Of a DNA stretch of 64,000 nt, positions 1 to 12,231 are shown piece by piece. The position numbers and the translations under genes were made by a program. The notes beneath the pieces were generated by a model. The model made no database searches, was not told where the DNA came from, and saw only the letters and a list, made by a program, of their open reading frames with translations. Source of the DNA: an uncultured delta proteobacterium (lineage in GTDB: Bacteria > Desulfobacterota > Binatia > DP-6); the NCBI GenBank assembly GCA_963851365.1, contig CAWKPA010000006.1, forward strand, positions 49,353 to 113,352. The letters are read 5' to 3'. Each line of letters starts with the position of its first letter. Position 1 is the first letter of the stretch.

Positions 1-1
1 C

Positions 2-118
2 GTGAAGGCGGGGGACACCATCTTGTTCGGCAAGTACGCCGGATCCGAGATCAAGATGGACGGTGACGAGCACCTGATCATGCGCGAGGACGACATCCTC
101 GGCGTGGTCGAAAGTTAA
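2..118 (+). CDS. groES: co-chaperonin GroES, C-terminal fragment (5' end outside window)
   Basis: Frame-2 translation reads [38 protein letters not shown]; the stop lies 15 bp before the groEL start. Confidence 0.85.
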   Translation: MKAGDTILFGKYAGSEIKMDGDEHLIMREDDILGVVES

Positions 119-124
119 GGTTGA

Positions 125-1768
<1,644 letters not shown>

Positions 1769-1805
1769 TGCGACGACGTCCCCTCGGGGACGTCGCCGAT
1801 GCCGG

Positions 1806-1844
1806 CACCCGGACGGGTCATCCCGTCCGGGTGCTTGTTTTTTC
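1806..1844 (+). terminator. rho-independent terminator after groEL
   Basis: GC-rich inverted repeat CACCCGGACGGG-tcat-CCCGTCCGGGTG followed by CTTGTTTTTTC. A second hairpin, GACGTCCCC-tcg-GGGACGTC, sits at 1775-1794. Confidence 0.6.
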
Positions 1845-1853
1845 GGCAGTTTC

Positions 1854-1882
1854 TTGACACCGACGACCGCCTTGAGTAGCGT
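1854..1882 (+). promoter_or_regulatory. putative sigma70-like promoter for the ffh operon
   Basis: TTGACA at 1854-1859, a 17-bp spacer, then TAGCGT at 1877-1882, about 30 bp upstream of the ffh ATG. Confidence 0.3.
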
Positions 1883-1911
1883 CCCCTCCTCCCTGGCGCT
1901 GGCCGCACACC

Positions 1912-3246
1912 ATGTTTGAATCACTCGGCGAGAAGTTCGACGGCCTGTGGCGAAAGCTGCAGGGTCAGGGGCGAGTCACCGAGCGCAACATCGAGGATGC
2001 ACTCCGCGAGGTGCGCCTGGCGTTGCTCGAGGCCGACGTCAACGTCGGGGTGGTCCGCGACTTCATCGAGGCGGTCCGCAAGGACGCGCTCGGCCAGGAG
2101 GTGTTGCGCAGCCTCACGCCCGAGCAGCACTTCATCAAGCTCGTCCACCGCGAGCTGATCCGCCTGTTGGGCGAGGTGCCCGCCACCCTCGACCTGGGTG
2201 GCCCGTCGCCCACGGTCCTGATGCTCGTCGGACTGAACGGTGCGGGCAAGACGACCACCACGGCCAAGCTGGCGCGCTACTTGCGCGACGAGCGCGGACG
2301 GCGGCCCTACCTGGTGCCTGCCGACGTGTATCGACCGGCCGCCATCCAGCAACTCGAAACGCTCGGGCGCCAGCTCGACGTGCCGGTGCACGCCGTGTCC
2401 CCAGGGTCGGATCCGGTGGCCATTGCACGCAGCGCGGTCGCAGCGGCACGCGCGAGCGGGGCCGACACGGTCCTGATCGACACCGCGGGCCGGCAGACCG
2501 TCGACGATGAGCTCATGGCCGAGCTCGCCCGGATGCGCGCCGCGGTGGAGCCACGGCAGGTGCTGCTGGTGGCCGACGCCATGACGGGCCAGGACGCCGT
2601 GGCCACCGCCCAGGGATTCCTCGCCCGCCTGCCGCTCTCCGGCGTCGTCCTCACCAAGATCGAGGGCGACGCGCGCGGCGGCGCGGCGCTGTCGCTGCGG
2701 TCGGTCACTGGAAAGCCGATCCTGTTCGTCGGCACCGGCGAGAAACTCGACGCCCTCGAAGCCTTCTACCCGGATCGCATCGCGTCCCGCATCCTCGGCA
2801 TGGGCGACATGATGTCGCTCATCGAGCGCGCGGAGCGGGCGTACGATCGCACGAAGGCCAGCGAGATCCAGAAGAAGCTCAAGAAGAACGAGTTCGACCT
2901 CGAGGACTTTCGCGACCAGCTACGGGCAGTGCGGCGCATGGGGTCCATGACCGACCTCCTCGGCATGATTCCCGGCGTCAAGAAGCTCTTCCGCGGCGCC
3001 GACCTCGGCGAAGCCGAGGGAGAGCTCAAGCGCGTCGAGGCCATCATCGACTCGATGACCAAAGAGGAGCGCCGCAACATCCACATCCTCAACGCCAACC
3101 GCCGCAAGCGCATCGCCGGCGGCAGCGGCACCTCGGTGTCCGAGGTCAACCGACTGTTGAAGCAGTTCACCCAGACCAAGAAAGTACTGAAGAAGCTCAG
3201 CTCCGGTCCGATGATGCAGGGCCTGCCACCCGGCCTCGGGCGCTGA
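1912..3246 (+). CDS. ffh: signal recognition particle protein Ffh
   Basis: 444 aa with a GTPase NG domain ([15 protein letters not shown]) and an M domain; the classic ffh-rpsP-rimM-trmD-rplS neighbourhood follows. Confidence 0.95.
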   Translation: MFESLGEKFDGLWRKLQGQGRVTERNIEDALREVRLALLEADVNVGVVRDFIEAVRKDALGQEVLRSLTPEQHFIKLVHRELIRLLGEVPATLDLGGPSPTVLMLVGLNGAGKTTTTAKLARYLRDERGRRPYLVPADVYRPAAIQQLETLGRQLDVPVHAVSPGSDPVAIARSAVAAARASGADTVLIDTAGRQTVDDELMAELARMRAAVEPRQVLLVADAMTGQDAVATAQGFLARLPLSGVVLTKIEGDARGGAALSLRSVTGKPILFVGTGEKLDALEAFYPDRIASRILGMGDMMSLIERAERAYDRTKASEIQKKLKKNEFDLEDFRDQLRAVRRMGSMTDLLGMIPGVKKLFRGADLGEAEGELKRVEAIIDSMTKEERRNIHILNANRRKRIAGGSGTSVSEVNRLLKQFTQTKKVLKKLSSGPMMQGLPPGLGR

Positions 3247-3265
3247 GCGGGAGACATCGCCACCC

Positions 3266-3550
3266 ATGGTCAAGATTCGCCTCGCCCGCCACGGCAGCAA
3301 GAAGCGCCCGTTCTATCGCATCGTCGTCGCCGACTCCGAATCGCCTCGCGACGGCCGGTTCATCGAACAAGTCGGCCTGTACGACCCCACGCGCTCCCCG
3401 GTGTTCGTGCGGATCGACGCCGCGAAAGTCGCCGCCTGGCGGGCCAAGGGGGCACAGCCCACGCAGACCGTCCGGCAGCTCATCGACCAGGCAATCGGCA
3501 AGACCCCCTCCGCAGACGCCGTCGTCAGCCCGGCCGAAGCGGGCGCCTGA
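3266..3550 (+). CDS. rpsP: 30S ribosomal protein S16
   Basis: Begins [24 protein letters not shown], which is the S16 signature. Confidence 0.95.
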   Translation: MVKIRLARHGSKKRPFYRIVVADSESPRDGRFIEQVGLYDPTRSPVFVRIDAAKVAAWRAKGAQPTQTVRQLIDQAIGKTPSADAVVSPAEAGA

Positions 3551-3587
3551 GCGCCGCGGCCGCGTGGGGCTCCACGAGGAGCGCCGC

Positions 3588-3824
3588 ATGAAGGATACGG
3601 TCATCTATTTGGCGAAGCAGCTGGTGAACCGCCCCGACGACGTCGAGGTGAAGGAAATGCAGTCGGACACCACGACGGTGCTCGAATTGCGCGTGGCCCG
3701 GGAAGACATCGGCCGCGTGATCGGCAAGCAGGGGCGAACGGCGAAATCGATCCGCACCATCCTGAACGCGATCGCGTCACGATCCAATCGCAAGGTCGTC
3801 CTCGAAATCATCGAAGAGAAGTGA
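3588..3824 (+). CDS. KH-domain RNA-binding protein (UPF0109/YlqC-like)
   Basis: The motif VIGKQGRTAKSIRTIL is present, and the gene sits at the conserved position between rpsP and rimM. A GAGGAG Shine-Dalgarno precedes the ATG at 3588; the ORF track begins the frame at 3564. Confidence 0.8.
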   Translation: MKDTVIYLAKQLVNRPDDVEVKEMQSDTTTVLELRVAREDIGRVIGKQGRTAKSIRTILNAIASRSNRKVVLEIIEEK

Positions 3825-3828
3825 CGGC

Positions 3829-4353
3829 ATGACGGCCGCCGACGTCGGCACCGCGGTCTCGGTGGGCCAAATCGTCGGGGCGCACGCGCTGCGCGGTTGG
3901 GTGCGCCTGCGGCCCTACCAGACGCTCACCGCGAGCCTGGTGGCCGGGGGGCGGGTCTTCCTCGAGCGGGATGGCGTCCGCCGGGAGGCCCGCGTGACCC
4001 ACGCCGCCCCGCACGGGCAGGGTCTGGTGCTGCTCGGACTGGAGGGCGTGACCGATCGCACCACCGCCGAAGCACTGCGCGGCACCACGGTCCTGGTGCC
4101 CGGAGAGGACCTGCCGCCGCTCGGAGCCGACGAATACTGGCACCACGAGGTCCTCGGCTTCACGGTCGAGACCGTCGCGGGGGAGCCGATCGGGACCATC
4201 ACGGCTACCATGCACAACGGCCTGCACGACGTCTGGGAGGTCCGTGCCGACGGGCACGAGCATCTGATCCCGGTGGTCGCCGAGGTGGTCCGCGCCATCG
4301 ACAAGGAGGCCCGGCGCGTCCGCATCGAGCCGCTCCCGGGCCTGTTGGACTGA
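3829..4353 (+). CDS. rimM: 16S rRNA processing protein RimM
   Basis: 174 aa with RimM/PRC-barrel-like sequence (VGQIVGAHALRGWVRL); operon position matches. Confidence 0.9.
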   Translation: MTAADVGTAVSVGQIVGAHALRGWVRLRPYQTLTASLVAGGRVFLERDGVRREARVTHAAPHGQGLVLLGLEGVTDRTTAEALRGTTVLVPGEDLPPLGADEYWHHEVLGFTVETVAGEPIGTITATMHNGLHDVWEVRADGHEHLIPVVAEVVRAIDKEARRVRIEPLPGLLD

Positions 4354-4355
4354 CC

Positions 4356-5088
4356 CTGCGCGCCCACGTCATCACGCTCTTTCCCGAGACTCTTCGGGGG
4401 CGCGCTGGCCACCGGGCCCCTCAAACGGGCGCGCGAGCTGGGCGTGCTCGAAGTCTGGCTCCACCAGCTCCGCGACTATGCCACGGGCCGGCACCTCCAG
4501 GCCGACGACGTGCCGTACGGCGGCGGCCAGGGCATGGTGCTCAAGCCCGAACCGCTGGTCACCGCCATCGAAGGGGTGTCGGAGGCGGAGCGGCCACATC
4601 GTGTGCTGCTGGCGGCACGAGGGGCCCGCTTCGACCAGCATCGCGCGGCGGCGCTCGCCCGCGAGGAGAACCTGCTTCTGGTGTGCGGGCGGTACGAAGG
4701 CGTCGACGAGCGGGTGAGCGACTGGGTCGACGAAGAGCTGTCGATCGGCGATTACGTGCTGAGCGGCGGCGAGCTCGCGACGCTCGTGGTGCTCGATGCG
4801 ATCGCCCGGCTGCTGCCCGGCGTGCTCGGGAACCTCGCGTCTGCCCCGGACGACTCGTTCGCCACCGGGCTGCTCGAACACCCCCACTACACCCGCCCAT
4901 GGAACTTCCGGGATCGCGCCGTGCCGCCGGTGCTCGGCTCCGGCAACCACGAGGCGATCCGGCGCTGGCGGCGCGAGGAGGCGCTCCGCACCACCCTGGC
5001 CCGCCGTCCGGACCTGCTGCGCTCGGCACCGCTCGACGCCGCGGACCGGGCTTTTCTGCGCAGCCTCGGATGGCAGGACGATGGCTGA
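4356..5088 (+). CDS. trmD: tRNA (guanine37-N1)-methyltransferase TrmD, apparently frameshifted near 4389
   Basis: The N-terminal motif HVITLFPE is in frame 0. The rest of the protein ([30 protein letters not shown] ... YGGGQGMV ... [10 protein letters not shown] ... [11 protein letters not shown] ... [11 protein letters not shown]) is in frame 1, running from about 4390 to the stop at 5088. No canonical start codon lies in frame 0. Confidence 0.75.
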
Positions 5089-5641
5089 CCTCTACCTCGC
5101 CCTGCTCCACCACCCGGTCTACGACAAGACCGGCGCCGTCGTGACCACGGCCGTCACCAACCTCGACGTCCACGACCTGGCGCGGCAAGCGCGGACGTTC
5201 GGCGTGCGGGCCTTCTACGTGTGTACACCGGTGCCGACCCTGCGCCGCCTGGTCGCCCGCATCATGCGACACTGGGACTCGGGGCCGGGGGCCACCTACA
5301 ACGTCAACCGCCGTGAAGCCCTGGCGCTGGTGCGGCTCGCTCCGGAGCTCGATGCCGCCATCGCCGAGATCGAGCGGGAGACAGGCCGGCTTCCCAGGCT
5401 GATCGCCACCTCGGCCCGCAACGGCCCCTCCCGTCTGCCGTACGTCGCGTTGCGGGCGCGGCTCGCCGCCCCGGGTCCCCCGGAGCTGCTCATCTTCGGC
5501 ACCGGCTGGGGCCTGGCCGCGGAGGTGATGGACCGGGTCGATGACGTCCTCGAACCCATCTCCGGCACCGGGGACTGGAACCATCTGTCGGTCCGGGCCG
5601 CGTCCGCCATCATACTTGACCGGCTGCGCAGCGAGCGATAG
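5081..5641 (+). CDS. conserved protein between trmD and rplS (possible SPOUT-like fold)
   Basis: 186 aa beginning [35 protein letters not shown]; the ATG overlaps the trmD stop by 8 bp. The SPOUT-like call is a recollection-based guess only. Confidence 0.5.
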   Translation: MADLYLALLHHPVYDKTGAVVTTAVTNLDVHDLARQARTFGVRAFYVCTPVPTLRRLVARIMRHWDSGPGATYNVNRREALALVRLAPELDAAIAEIERETGRLPRLIATSARNGPSRLPYVALRARLAAPGPPELLIFGTGWGLAAEVMDRVDDVLEPISGTGDWNHLSVRAASAIILDRLRSER

Positions 5642-5655
5642 ACCTTCCCGGTTCC

Positions 5656-6081
5656 ATGAACCCGATCGACCGCATCGAGGCCGAGCAGCTCCGCAAGGAC
5701 GTCCCCACCTTCCGGCCGGGGGACACCGTCCGGGTCCACGTCCGGGTGGTCGAGGGCGACAAGGAGCGCATTCAGGTCTTCGAAGGCACCGTCCTCGGGC
5801 GCTCGGGTGGCGCCATCCGGGAAACGTTCACGGTCCGCAAGACTTCGTACGGGGTGGGCGTCGAACGCATCTTTCCGGTGCACTCGCCACGCATCGACCG
5901 GATAGACGTCGTCATGCGGGGTGCGGTGCGTCGCGCCAAGCTGTACTATCTGCGCGAACGGTCCGGCCGGGCGGCCCGTGTCACGGAAGACACGCGCCAG
6001 AAGGTGACCGGGGCCGGCAAAGGTCGCGGCGAGGTTTCCCAACCCGCCGCCCCCGCAGTCGAGTCGCCCGAGAACCCGTAA
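5656..6081 (+). CDS. rplS: 50S ribosomal protein L19
   Basis: Contains the L19 signature [29 protein letters not shown], followed by an extended C-terminal tail. Confidence 0.95.
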   Translation: MNPIDRIEAEQLRKDVPTFRPGDTVRVHVRVVEGDKERIQVFEGTVLGRSGGAIRETFTVRKTSYGVGVERIFPVHSPRIDRIDVVMRGAVRRAKLYYLRERSGRAARVTEDTRQKVTGAGKGRGEVSQPAAPAVESPENP

Positions 6082-6091
6082 TCGGGCCCCG

Positions 6092-6460
6092 TCACCCCGG
6101 CACGGCGGCCACCACCCCCCGCTCCTTGGTCATGCGCGAGCGGCCCTCGAAGACCGCGCCTTCCTGAATCACGAGACCCTTCGCCTCCACGTCACCGAAG
6201 AGTCTCCCGCCGGCGCACACCTCGACTCGCGAGGCGCCGAGCACCTCGCCCCGCACCTCGCCGAGCACCACCAGCTTGTCGGCCCGCACCGTGGCGTGCA
6301 CGACGGCCTGCGGCCCCACCACCAGGAGATCGGCGGCGCTGACCTCGCCCTGCAGCTTACCCTCGACCCGGGTCGCCTGCACGAATGATATCTTGCCAGT
6401 CACCTCGGCATCTTGCCCGAGCGACACGCGAACGTCGTCCCACACGGTTGCACCTCCCAC
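6092..6460 (-). CDS. bactofilin-family (CcmA/DUF583) cytoskeletal protein
   Basis: 122 aa with repetitive beta-helical bactofilin-like sequence (GEVRGEVLGASRVEVCAGGRLFGDVEA...). Confidence 0.75.
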   Translation of the reverse strand: MGGATVWDDVRVSLGQDAEVTGKISFVQATRVEGKLQGEVSAADLLVVGPQAVVHATVRADKLVVLGEVRGEVLGASRVEVCAGGRLFGDVEAKGLVIQEGAVFEGRSRMTKERGVVAAVPG

Positions 6461-6532
6461 GTCCTCGACCCCTCCCGACGGCGGCGCAGTATAGGGACCT
6501 GACGGCGGGCTGTAAATGTCGCGCCGCGGAAT

Positions 6533-7534
6533 TCAGACGGGCGGCGCGGCGGATTCGGCGTCGGGCGGGAAGACGTGGCACGCGACGGCGCGCCCGGTGG
6601 CGCCCGCGACGAGAGGGGGCACCATTCGCCGGCAGATGTCGATCGCGCTGGGGCAGCGGGGATGGAATGCGCAACCCGCGGGTGGCGACGACGGATCGGG
6701 CGCCTCCGCGCCGGCGATCGCCGGCATGGGCCTGTGCCGGCGATGCGGGTCCGGGGTCGGGACGGCGGCCAACAGCGTCCGAGTATAGGGGTGGCGGGGG
6801 TCGTCGTAGACCTCCTGCCGTGTCCCGACCTCGACCAGCTTGCCGAGATACATGATCGCCACCCGATCGCTCAGGTGCTCCACGACACGCAGGTCGTGGG
6901 AGATGAAGAGCAGCGTGAGCCCGAGTCGCCGCTTGAGGTCCTGCAGGAGATTCAGGATCTGCGCCTGGATGGAGACATCGAGCGCCGACACCGCCTCGTC
7001 GGCGACGATGAAGCGCGGCTCCACCGCGAGCGCGCGGGCGATGCCGATGCGCTGCCGCTGGCCGCCGCTGAACTCGTGGGGATAGCGGTCGCCCGCATCC
7101 TGCGGCAGCCCCACCAACGCGAGCAGCGCGCGGACCCGTTCCCGGCGCTCCTCGCGCGTCCCGATCCGATGAACGAGGAGCCCTTCCCCGACGATGTCCG
7201 CGACCCGCAGGCGTGGGTTCAGGGAGCCATACGGATCCTGGAAGACGATCTGCATGGCGCGCCGCACCGCGCGCAGGTCGTCGCCTCCGAGTCCGCGGAG
7301 CGAGCGGCCCTCGAACAGGACGTCGCCGGCCGTGGGCTCGATCAGCCGGAGCACCAGGCGCCCCAGCGTCGACTTGCCGCAGCCCGACTCGCCCACCAGA
7401 CCGAGGGTCTCCCCGGCCGCGATCGCAAGCGACACGCCATCGACCGCACGAACCACCGCGCGCGGTCGGCCGAACAGGCCGCGCCCGACGGGGAAGTGCT
7501 TGTGCACATCCAGGACTTCGACGAGCAGGTTCAT
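6533..7534 (-). CDS. oligopeptide/dipeptide ABC transporter ATP-binding protein (OppF/DppF-like)
   Basis: Walker [10 protein letters not shown], signature LSGGQRQR, Walker B and a C-terminal Opp-type extension. The true start is the internal [10 protein letters not shown]; the ATG overlaps the upstream stop in an ATGA. Confidence 0.85.
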   Translation of the reverse strand: MNLLVEVLDVHKHFPVGRGLFGRPRAVVRAVDGVSLAIAAGETLGLVGESGCGKSTLGRLVLRLIEPTAGDVLFEGRSLRGLGGDDLRAVRRAMQIVFQDPYGSLNPRLRVADIVGEGLLVHRIGTREERRERVRALLALVGLPQDAGDRYPHEFSGGQRQRIGIARALAVEPRFIVADEAVSALDVSIQAQILNLLQDLKRRLGLTLLFISHDLRVVEHLSDRVAIMYLGKLVEVGTRQEVYDDPRHPYTRTLLAAVPTPDPHRRHRPMPAIAGAEAPDPSSPPAGCAFHPRCPSAIDICRRMVPPLVAGATGRAVACHVFPPDAESAAPPV

Positions 7535-8487
7535 GCCCGGATGCACGCTACCCGGTGCCCGGGGTCGCGTTCCTCGAGGGGGGGCACGACGGCGGCGCAC
7601 GCCTCCACCTGGCGGGAACAGCGCTCGCGAAACGCGCAGCCCGGCGGCAGGCTCGTGAGGCTCGGCACCTGGCCGGGGATGGTCTCGAGCCGTTCGCGAC
7701 GCTGGCCCAGCGCAGGCATCGCACGCAGAAGCGCCTGGGTATAGGGGTGCCGCGGCCGGGCGAACAGCTCGTCGACTGGAGCCTGCTCGACGATGCGGCC
7801 CGCATACATGATCGCCACCTCGTCCGCCTGCTCGGCCACCACGCCCAGGTCGTGTGTGATCAAGATCATGGCCATGCCGTGCCGCGCGCGCAGCTCGCGG
7901 AGCAGCGCCAGGATCTCGGCCTGGATCGTCACGTCGAGCGCCGTCGTCGGCTCGTCGGCCAGCAGCACCGCGGGCTCGCACGCGATGGCGACGGCGATCA
8001 TCACCCGCTGGCGCATGCCGCCCGACAGCTGGTGCGGGTAGTCCCGTGCGCGCCGCGCCGGATCGGGGATGCCCACCTCGCGCAGCAGCCCGATGGCGCG
8101 CGCCCAGGCCTCGCGGCGCGACACCGGCTGGTGCAAGGCGACCGCCTCGGCAATCTGGCTGCCGGCCGTGAGCACCGGGTTCAGCGCGGTCATGGGCTCC
8201 TGGAAGATCATCGCCAGTTCGGCGCCGCGCAAGGCGCGCATCTCGGGCTCCGGGAGCGCCAGCAGTTCGCGACCCGCGAGCCGGATGCTTCCCCCGGCGA
8301 TGCGGCCGGGAGGTGGCACCAGGCGCATGATGCAGAGCGCGGTCATGCTCTTGCCGCACCCGGATTCGCCGACGAGCCCGAGCGTGCGCCCGCGGGCGAG
8401 CGAGAACGTCACGCCGTCGACCGCGCGCGCGTCACCCGCCTCGGTCGGGAAGACCATGCGCAGGTCGCGCACCTCGAGGAGCGACAT
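7531..8487 (-). CDS. oligopeptide/dipeptide ABC transporter ATP-binding protein (OppD/DppD-like)
   Basis: [18 protein letters not shown] and [10 protein letters not shown] motifs. The true start is the internal [13 protein letters not shown], not the upstream R-rich extension. Confidence 0.85.
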   Translation of the reverse strand: MSLLEVRDLRMVFPTEAGDARAVDGVTFSLARGRTLGLVGESGCGKSMTALCIMRLVPPPGRIAGGSIRLAGRELLALPEPEMRALRGAELAMIFQEPMTALNPVLTAGSQIAEAVALHQPVSRREAWARAIGLLREVGIPDPARRARDYPHQLSGGMRQRVMIAVAIACEPAVLLADEPTTALDVTIQAEILALLRELRARHGMAMILITHDLGVVAEQADEVAIMYAGRIVEQAPVDELFARPRHPYTQALLRAMPALGQRRERLETIPGQVPSLTSLPPGCAFRERCSRQVEACAAVVPPLEERDPGHRVACIRA

Positions 8488-9260
8488 CACCCGGCGGGGA
8501 CGGCGGCCGGCAGCGGCATCACCCGCCGGGTGGACGGTGGCGCGAACAGCCCGTCGTCCAGCAGAACGTTGGTCTCGACCTCGTCGTACGCCAGGCGGGC
8601 GCCCGAGCCGACCAGCGGCGCAGCGACGTCGAGGGCATGCGGGAACCCGTTGCGGTAGTCGTCGAACGCGACGGCGAAGGTGGTCGTCCCGTTGCGTTGC
8701 TCCTCCGCCCGGCGCGGCTCCAGCGTGCGCCCGTCGAACCAGACCCGCTGCTCGCCGTCTTCCAGCGGCACGATCACCAGCCACCGCGCGTCCGGCGCCC
8801 GCTCGAGCCGCGGCTTTGCGTGCGGTACCCGAGCCGGGGGGAGGCCCATCAGGATGTCGACCAGGTCGGCCACCGACACGGGCGCTCCGAGGAACCGCCC
8901 GAGATTGAGGGGCGTCGCCTCGCCTTCATAACGCATCTCCTCCGACGGCGAGTAGGCCCACAGTAGATCGCGCTGCGTCCCGACCGCCAGGACGAGCCCG
9001 AACGGCGACATGACGTCCATGCGCACCGCGGCGGGCCGCCGGACCAGGACGGCCTGACGCGTCCACATCCCCGCCACACCGGCCTTGAGACGCGCACGGG
9101 CGCGGAGTGAGGACAGCGACTCCCGGCGTGCCGCCACGCCGCCCAGCAACCGGACAGCCGACACCCCTTCGATCTCGAGCGGGGGCAACGGGCGCACCGC
9201 GGCGCACCCTGTGAACGCCAGCGCCACGAGCGCCGCGCCCCACCGCCCGGGCACCGTCAC
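8487..9260 (-). CDS. lipoprotein (possible LolB-like outer-membrane lipoprotein)
   Basis: Signal peptide with a lipobox (ALAFTGC). The stop overlaps the oppD-like start; the fold assignment is a guess. Confidence 0.5.
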   Translation of the reverse strand: MTVPGRWGAALVALAFTGCAAVRPLPPLEIEGVSAVRLLGGVAARRESLSSLRARARLKAGVAGMWTRQAVLVRRPAAVRMDVMSPFGLVLAVGTQRDLLWAYSPSEEMRYEGEATPLNLGRFLGAPVSVADLVDILMGLPPARVPHAKPRLERAPDARWLVIVPLEDGEQRVWFDGRTLEPRRAEEQRNGTTTFAVAFDDYRNGFPHALDVAAPLVGSGARLAYDEVETNVLLDDGLFAPPSTRRVMPLPAAVPAG

Positions 9261-11011
9261 AGCCGTGCGTCGCTCAGGCTGCTGCTGCCGCCCAACGCCT
9301 GAATCTTGCCCTTCAGCCGTTCGATCTGGGGGGCTTCCTTGGAGCGCAGCAGGGCGTCGTGGTAGACACGGACCGCCGCATCGCTCCGGCCGAGCCGCTC
9401 GTAGGCGTCGCCGAGGTGCTCGACGACCGTGGCATCCTCGCCCGCCAACTCGACCGCGCGCTCCAACTGCTCGACCGCACGCGGGTAATCGCCGCGCTGG
9501 AAGTACACCCAGCCGAGGCTGTCGATGTAGATGCCCTCGTTCGGCTGTAGCTCCAGCGCACGCCGGATCAGTCGCTCCGCCTCGTCGAGCTGGATACCCA
9601 GATCCGCGAGGGAATACCCGAGGTAATTGAGCGCCGGCGCGTTGCGCGGGTTGATCTCGATGGCCCGCCGCATCTCCGTCAGCGAGCGCTCTTTCTGATT
9701 GGCCTCGTCGTAGGCCGCCCCGAGACTGAAGCGGAAGCGGTCGTTGTCGGGCGCCTGCGTCACCATCTGCTCGAGGAGGGTCACTGCGCGATCGTACTGC
9801 TTCTCCTGGCGGTAGAGCGACGCCAGGTACGCCATCAGATCGAGGTCGCCCGGGCGCTGGCGGAGCGCCTCCTCGAGCACCTGCATCGCCGCCTTCGGAT
9901 CGTCCTTCTGGAGGAGGTAGGCGCGGCGAACCTGCGCATCGACGAAGTAATCGGAGTCGGCGGGGATCTGCGCGAACCCGTCGAGCGCCCGCCGCGCCTG
10001 GCCCATCTCGGCCTGCACGGAGGCCAGGTAGTAGCGGACACGGACGTCGTCGGGCGCGGCCGCGAGCACCAGGCTGAACTCAGTGGCCGCCCGCTCGAGC
10101 TGCCCCTTCTCGAAGTAGACCAGCCCCATCTTGGTGCGCGCCTCGCGCGGATCGGCGTCGACCTTCTCCATCTCGCGAAACTGTGCCAGGGCCTCGTCCA
10201 GCCGGCGCTGGCCGGCATAGAGCCCGCCAAGGCGATTGCGCGCGGCGGCGCTCTGCGGGTTCTGCGCCAGGATGCGCTCGTACAGCGCCTCGGCCTTCTG
10301 CGGACGGCCCTGCAACTCGTACGTCACCGCGAGGTCGGCGAGCACCAGCTCGGACTGCGGGCTGATCTTGAGCGCCTCCAGATAGTACCGCTCGGCCTGC
10401 TCGAGCTGACCGGACGCGGCGTAGAGGCGCGCCAGGTAGTAGTAGCCGAGCAGCGAGCCCGGGTTGCGGTCGAGCAACCGCCGAAGCGAGGCGATCGCGC
10501 GGTCCGTCTGTCCCTCCTTGCCGTAGAGCGCGCCGAGGTAGAGGTACGCCTCCTGCTGGTCGGGGTCGATCGCCAGCAGTCGCTCGTAGCCGGCGATGGC
10601 GTCCTTGTCGCGCCCGAGCGCGGTATCGATGCCTGCCTGGAGCGCGAGCGCATCCAGGTTGTCCGGCTGGCGGGCGAGGACCGCCTCGCACTGTTTCCGC
10701 CCGTCGGCGAGCCGTCCCGTCCGGACGTAGAGGGACGCCAACCGCAGCCGCAACATCGGCGTGTCCGGGTCGGCCTTCACCGCCTCCTCGAACGCCGACA
10801 CCGCCGTGTCGATGTCGTTCTGCTGCAGCGCCGCCTCGCCACGCACGAACGCCCCCATCGGGACGGCGTCCGCGGGGAGCGGAACCGGTGCGCCCATCCT
10901 CGCCCGCCCGAGCAAGCGTGAGCGGACACTCGCGCAACCGCCCGCCATGGCCAGCGCCAGCACCAGAATGGCGGCGTTGCGAAGGAGCATGATGGGTCTG
11001 GCGGCTACCAT
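9257..11011 (-). CDS. TPR-repeat lipoprotein
   Basis: About 585 aa of tandem TPR-like repeats (many ...A...Y..LG..Y... units) behind a signal peptide with lipobox LAMAGGC. Confidence 0.8.
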   Translation of the reverse strand: MVAARPIMLLRNAAILVLALAMAGGCASVRSRLLGRARMGAPVPLPADAVPMGAFVRGEAALQQNDIDTAVSAFEEAVKADPDTPMLRLRLASLYVRTGRLADGRKQCEAVLARQPDNLDALALQAGIDTALGRDKDAIAGYERLLAIDPDQQEAYLYLGALYGKEGQTDRAIASLRRLLDRNPGSLLGYYYLARLYAASGQLEQAERYYLEALKISPQSELVLADLAVTYELQGRPQKAEALYERILAQNPQSAAARNRLGGLYAGQRRLDEALAQFREMEKVDADPREARTKMGLVYFEKGQLERAATEFSLVLAAAPDDVRVRYYLASVQAEMGQARRALDGFAQIPADSDYFVDAQVRRAYLLQKDDPKAAMQVLEEALRQRPGDLDLMAYLASLYRQEKQYDRAVTLLEQMVTQAPDNDRFRFSLGAAYDEANQKERSLTEMRRAIEINPRNAPALNYLGYSLADLGIQLDEAERLIRRALELQPNEGIYIDSLGWVYFQRGDYPRAVEQLERAVELAGEDATVVEHLGDAYERLGRSDAAVRVYHDALLRSKEAPQIERLKGKIQALGGSSSLSDARL

Positions 11012-11038
11012 GGCGAACGGCCCCTCGAAACGCAATCC

Positions 11039-11497
11039 TCAGCCGGTTCGCCGCGGCCGGCGGCGCGGCGGCGGGCCGCCCTGCTGCGCGCCGATCCAGA
11101 CGGCGCCGCCCCGGAAGTGTTCCTTCTTCCAGATCGGCACGATCTCCTTCAGTCGATCGATCAGCCAGTGGCAGGCTTCGAACGCTTCGGTCCGATGCGC
11201 CGCGCTGACCGCGATGCCGACGCTGGCTTCCCCGACGGGCACCACACCGATCCGGTGCACCATGGCGACGCGCCGGATCGGCCACCGCCGCCGGGCCGTG
11301 CGGGCGAGTCGGCGCATTTCGCGCACGGCCATGCTGGCGAACGCTTCGTACTCCAGGCGGGTCACCCGTCGCCCGGCGTTCTCGTCGCGCGTGGTGCCGA
11401 GGAAGAGCACCGAGGCGCCCGCAGCCGGATCGCCCACCGCCGCCAGCAGGCGAGCGGGGTCGATCGCGACGGCGTCGATCGCGCACAGCTCAGCCAC
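11039..11497 (-). CDS. moaE: molybdopterin synthase catalytic subunit MoaE
   Basis: MoaE motifs HRIGVVPVGEASVGIAVSAAHR and PIWKKEHF. Confidence 0.85.
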   Translation of the reverse strand: MAELCAIDAVAIDPARLLAAVGDPAAGASVLFLGTTRDENAGRRVTRLEYEAFASMAVREMRRLARTARRRWPIRRVAMVHRIGVVPVGEASVGIAVSAAHRTEAFEACHWLIDRLKEIVPIWKKEHFRGGAVWIGAQQGGPPPRRRPRRTG

Positions 11498-11726
11498 CGC
11501 TCACCGGCGGGAATACGGCCATCTCGTCGCCGTCGACGAGCCTGTGGTCGGGCGCGACGTAGCGCTCGTTGACGGCGAGGCGCACCTGCACGCGCCCGGC
11601 GACCGGATGGGTCCGCGCCACGGCGTCCCACAGCGCGCCGGCGGTGGTGCCGGCGCGCACGCTGCGCTCCTCGCCGGGCCCGAGGTGCTCCCGCAGCGAG
11701 GCGAAGTACCGCACCCGCACCCGCAC
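11490..11726 (-). CDS. moaD: molybdopterin synthase sulfur-carrier subunit MoaD
   Basis: 78-aa ThiS/MoaD-like protein ending in GG; overlaps the moaE start. Confidence 0.8.
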   Translation of the reverse strand: MRVRVRYFASLREHLGPGEERSVRAGTTAGALWDAVARTHPVAGRVQVRLAVNERYVAPDHRLVDGDEMAVFPPVSGG

Positions 11727-11727
11727 G

Positions 11728-12231
11728 CTACCCCCGCACCAGGGCGACCATGTGGCCGAGCGCCGGGAGCAGCAACTGCCGCAACGCGAGGTCGACGGCG
11801 TGGGTCGAGCCGGGCAGCGCGGCCACCACCGTTCGTCCGGCGACGCCGGCGACGGCGCGCGACAACATGGCCCGCGGACCGATCTCGGCGAAGGAGAGCG
11901 ATCGGAACAGCTCGCCGAAGCCGTCGATGCGCTTGTCGAGCAGGTCCAGCACGACCTCGTACGTGGTGTCCCGGCGCGCCAGGCCCGTCCCCCCCGTGAG
12001 GATCACCGCGTCGGCTTCGCCGGCCACCAGGGCGTCGAGCCGGGGCCGCAGCCGCGCGGGCTCGTCGGGCAGGATGTCGTGGCTCGAGACACGGTGCCCG
12101 GCCTCTTCGAGCAGCGCCCGGATGCGAGCACCGCTGGCGTCGGTGTCGACCGTCCGCGTATCGCTCACCGTGACGATGGCGCACGCGAGCGAAACCGTCC
12201 CGCCGCCGGAATGCGGGGGATCGCTCACCAC
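11728..12231 (-). CDS. moaB: molybdenum cofactor biosynthesis protein MoaB/MogA family
   Basis: Motifs IVTVSDTRT, VILTGGTGLARRD and GSTHAVDLA. Likely GTG start at 12231 or 12228; the longer track ORF (to 12477) is an upstream extension. Confidence 0.8.
   Translation of the reverse strand: MVSDPPHSGGGTVSLACAIVTVSDTRTVDTDASGARIRALLEEAGHRVSSHDILPDEPARLRPRLDALVAGEADAVILTGGTGLARRDTTYEVVLDLLDKRIDGFGELFRSLSFAEIGPRAMLSRAVAGVAGRTVVAALPGSTHAVDLALRQLLLPALGHMVALVRG

Noticed and set aside
6533-8359. 608-aa ORF implying a 275-aa N-terminal extension of the OppF-like ATPase
   Set aside because: The extension overlaps the OppD-like gene and is low-complexity. The internal [10 protein letters not shown] start gives an ATGA overlap with the upstream stop.
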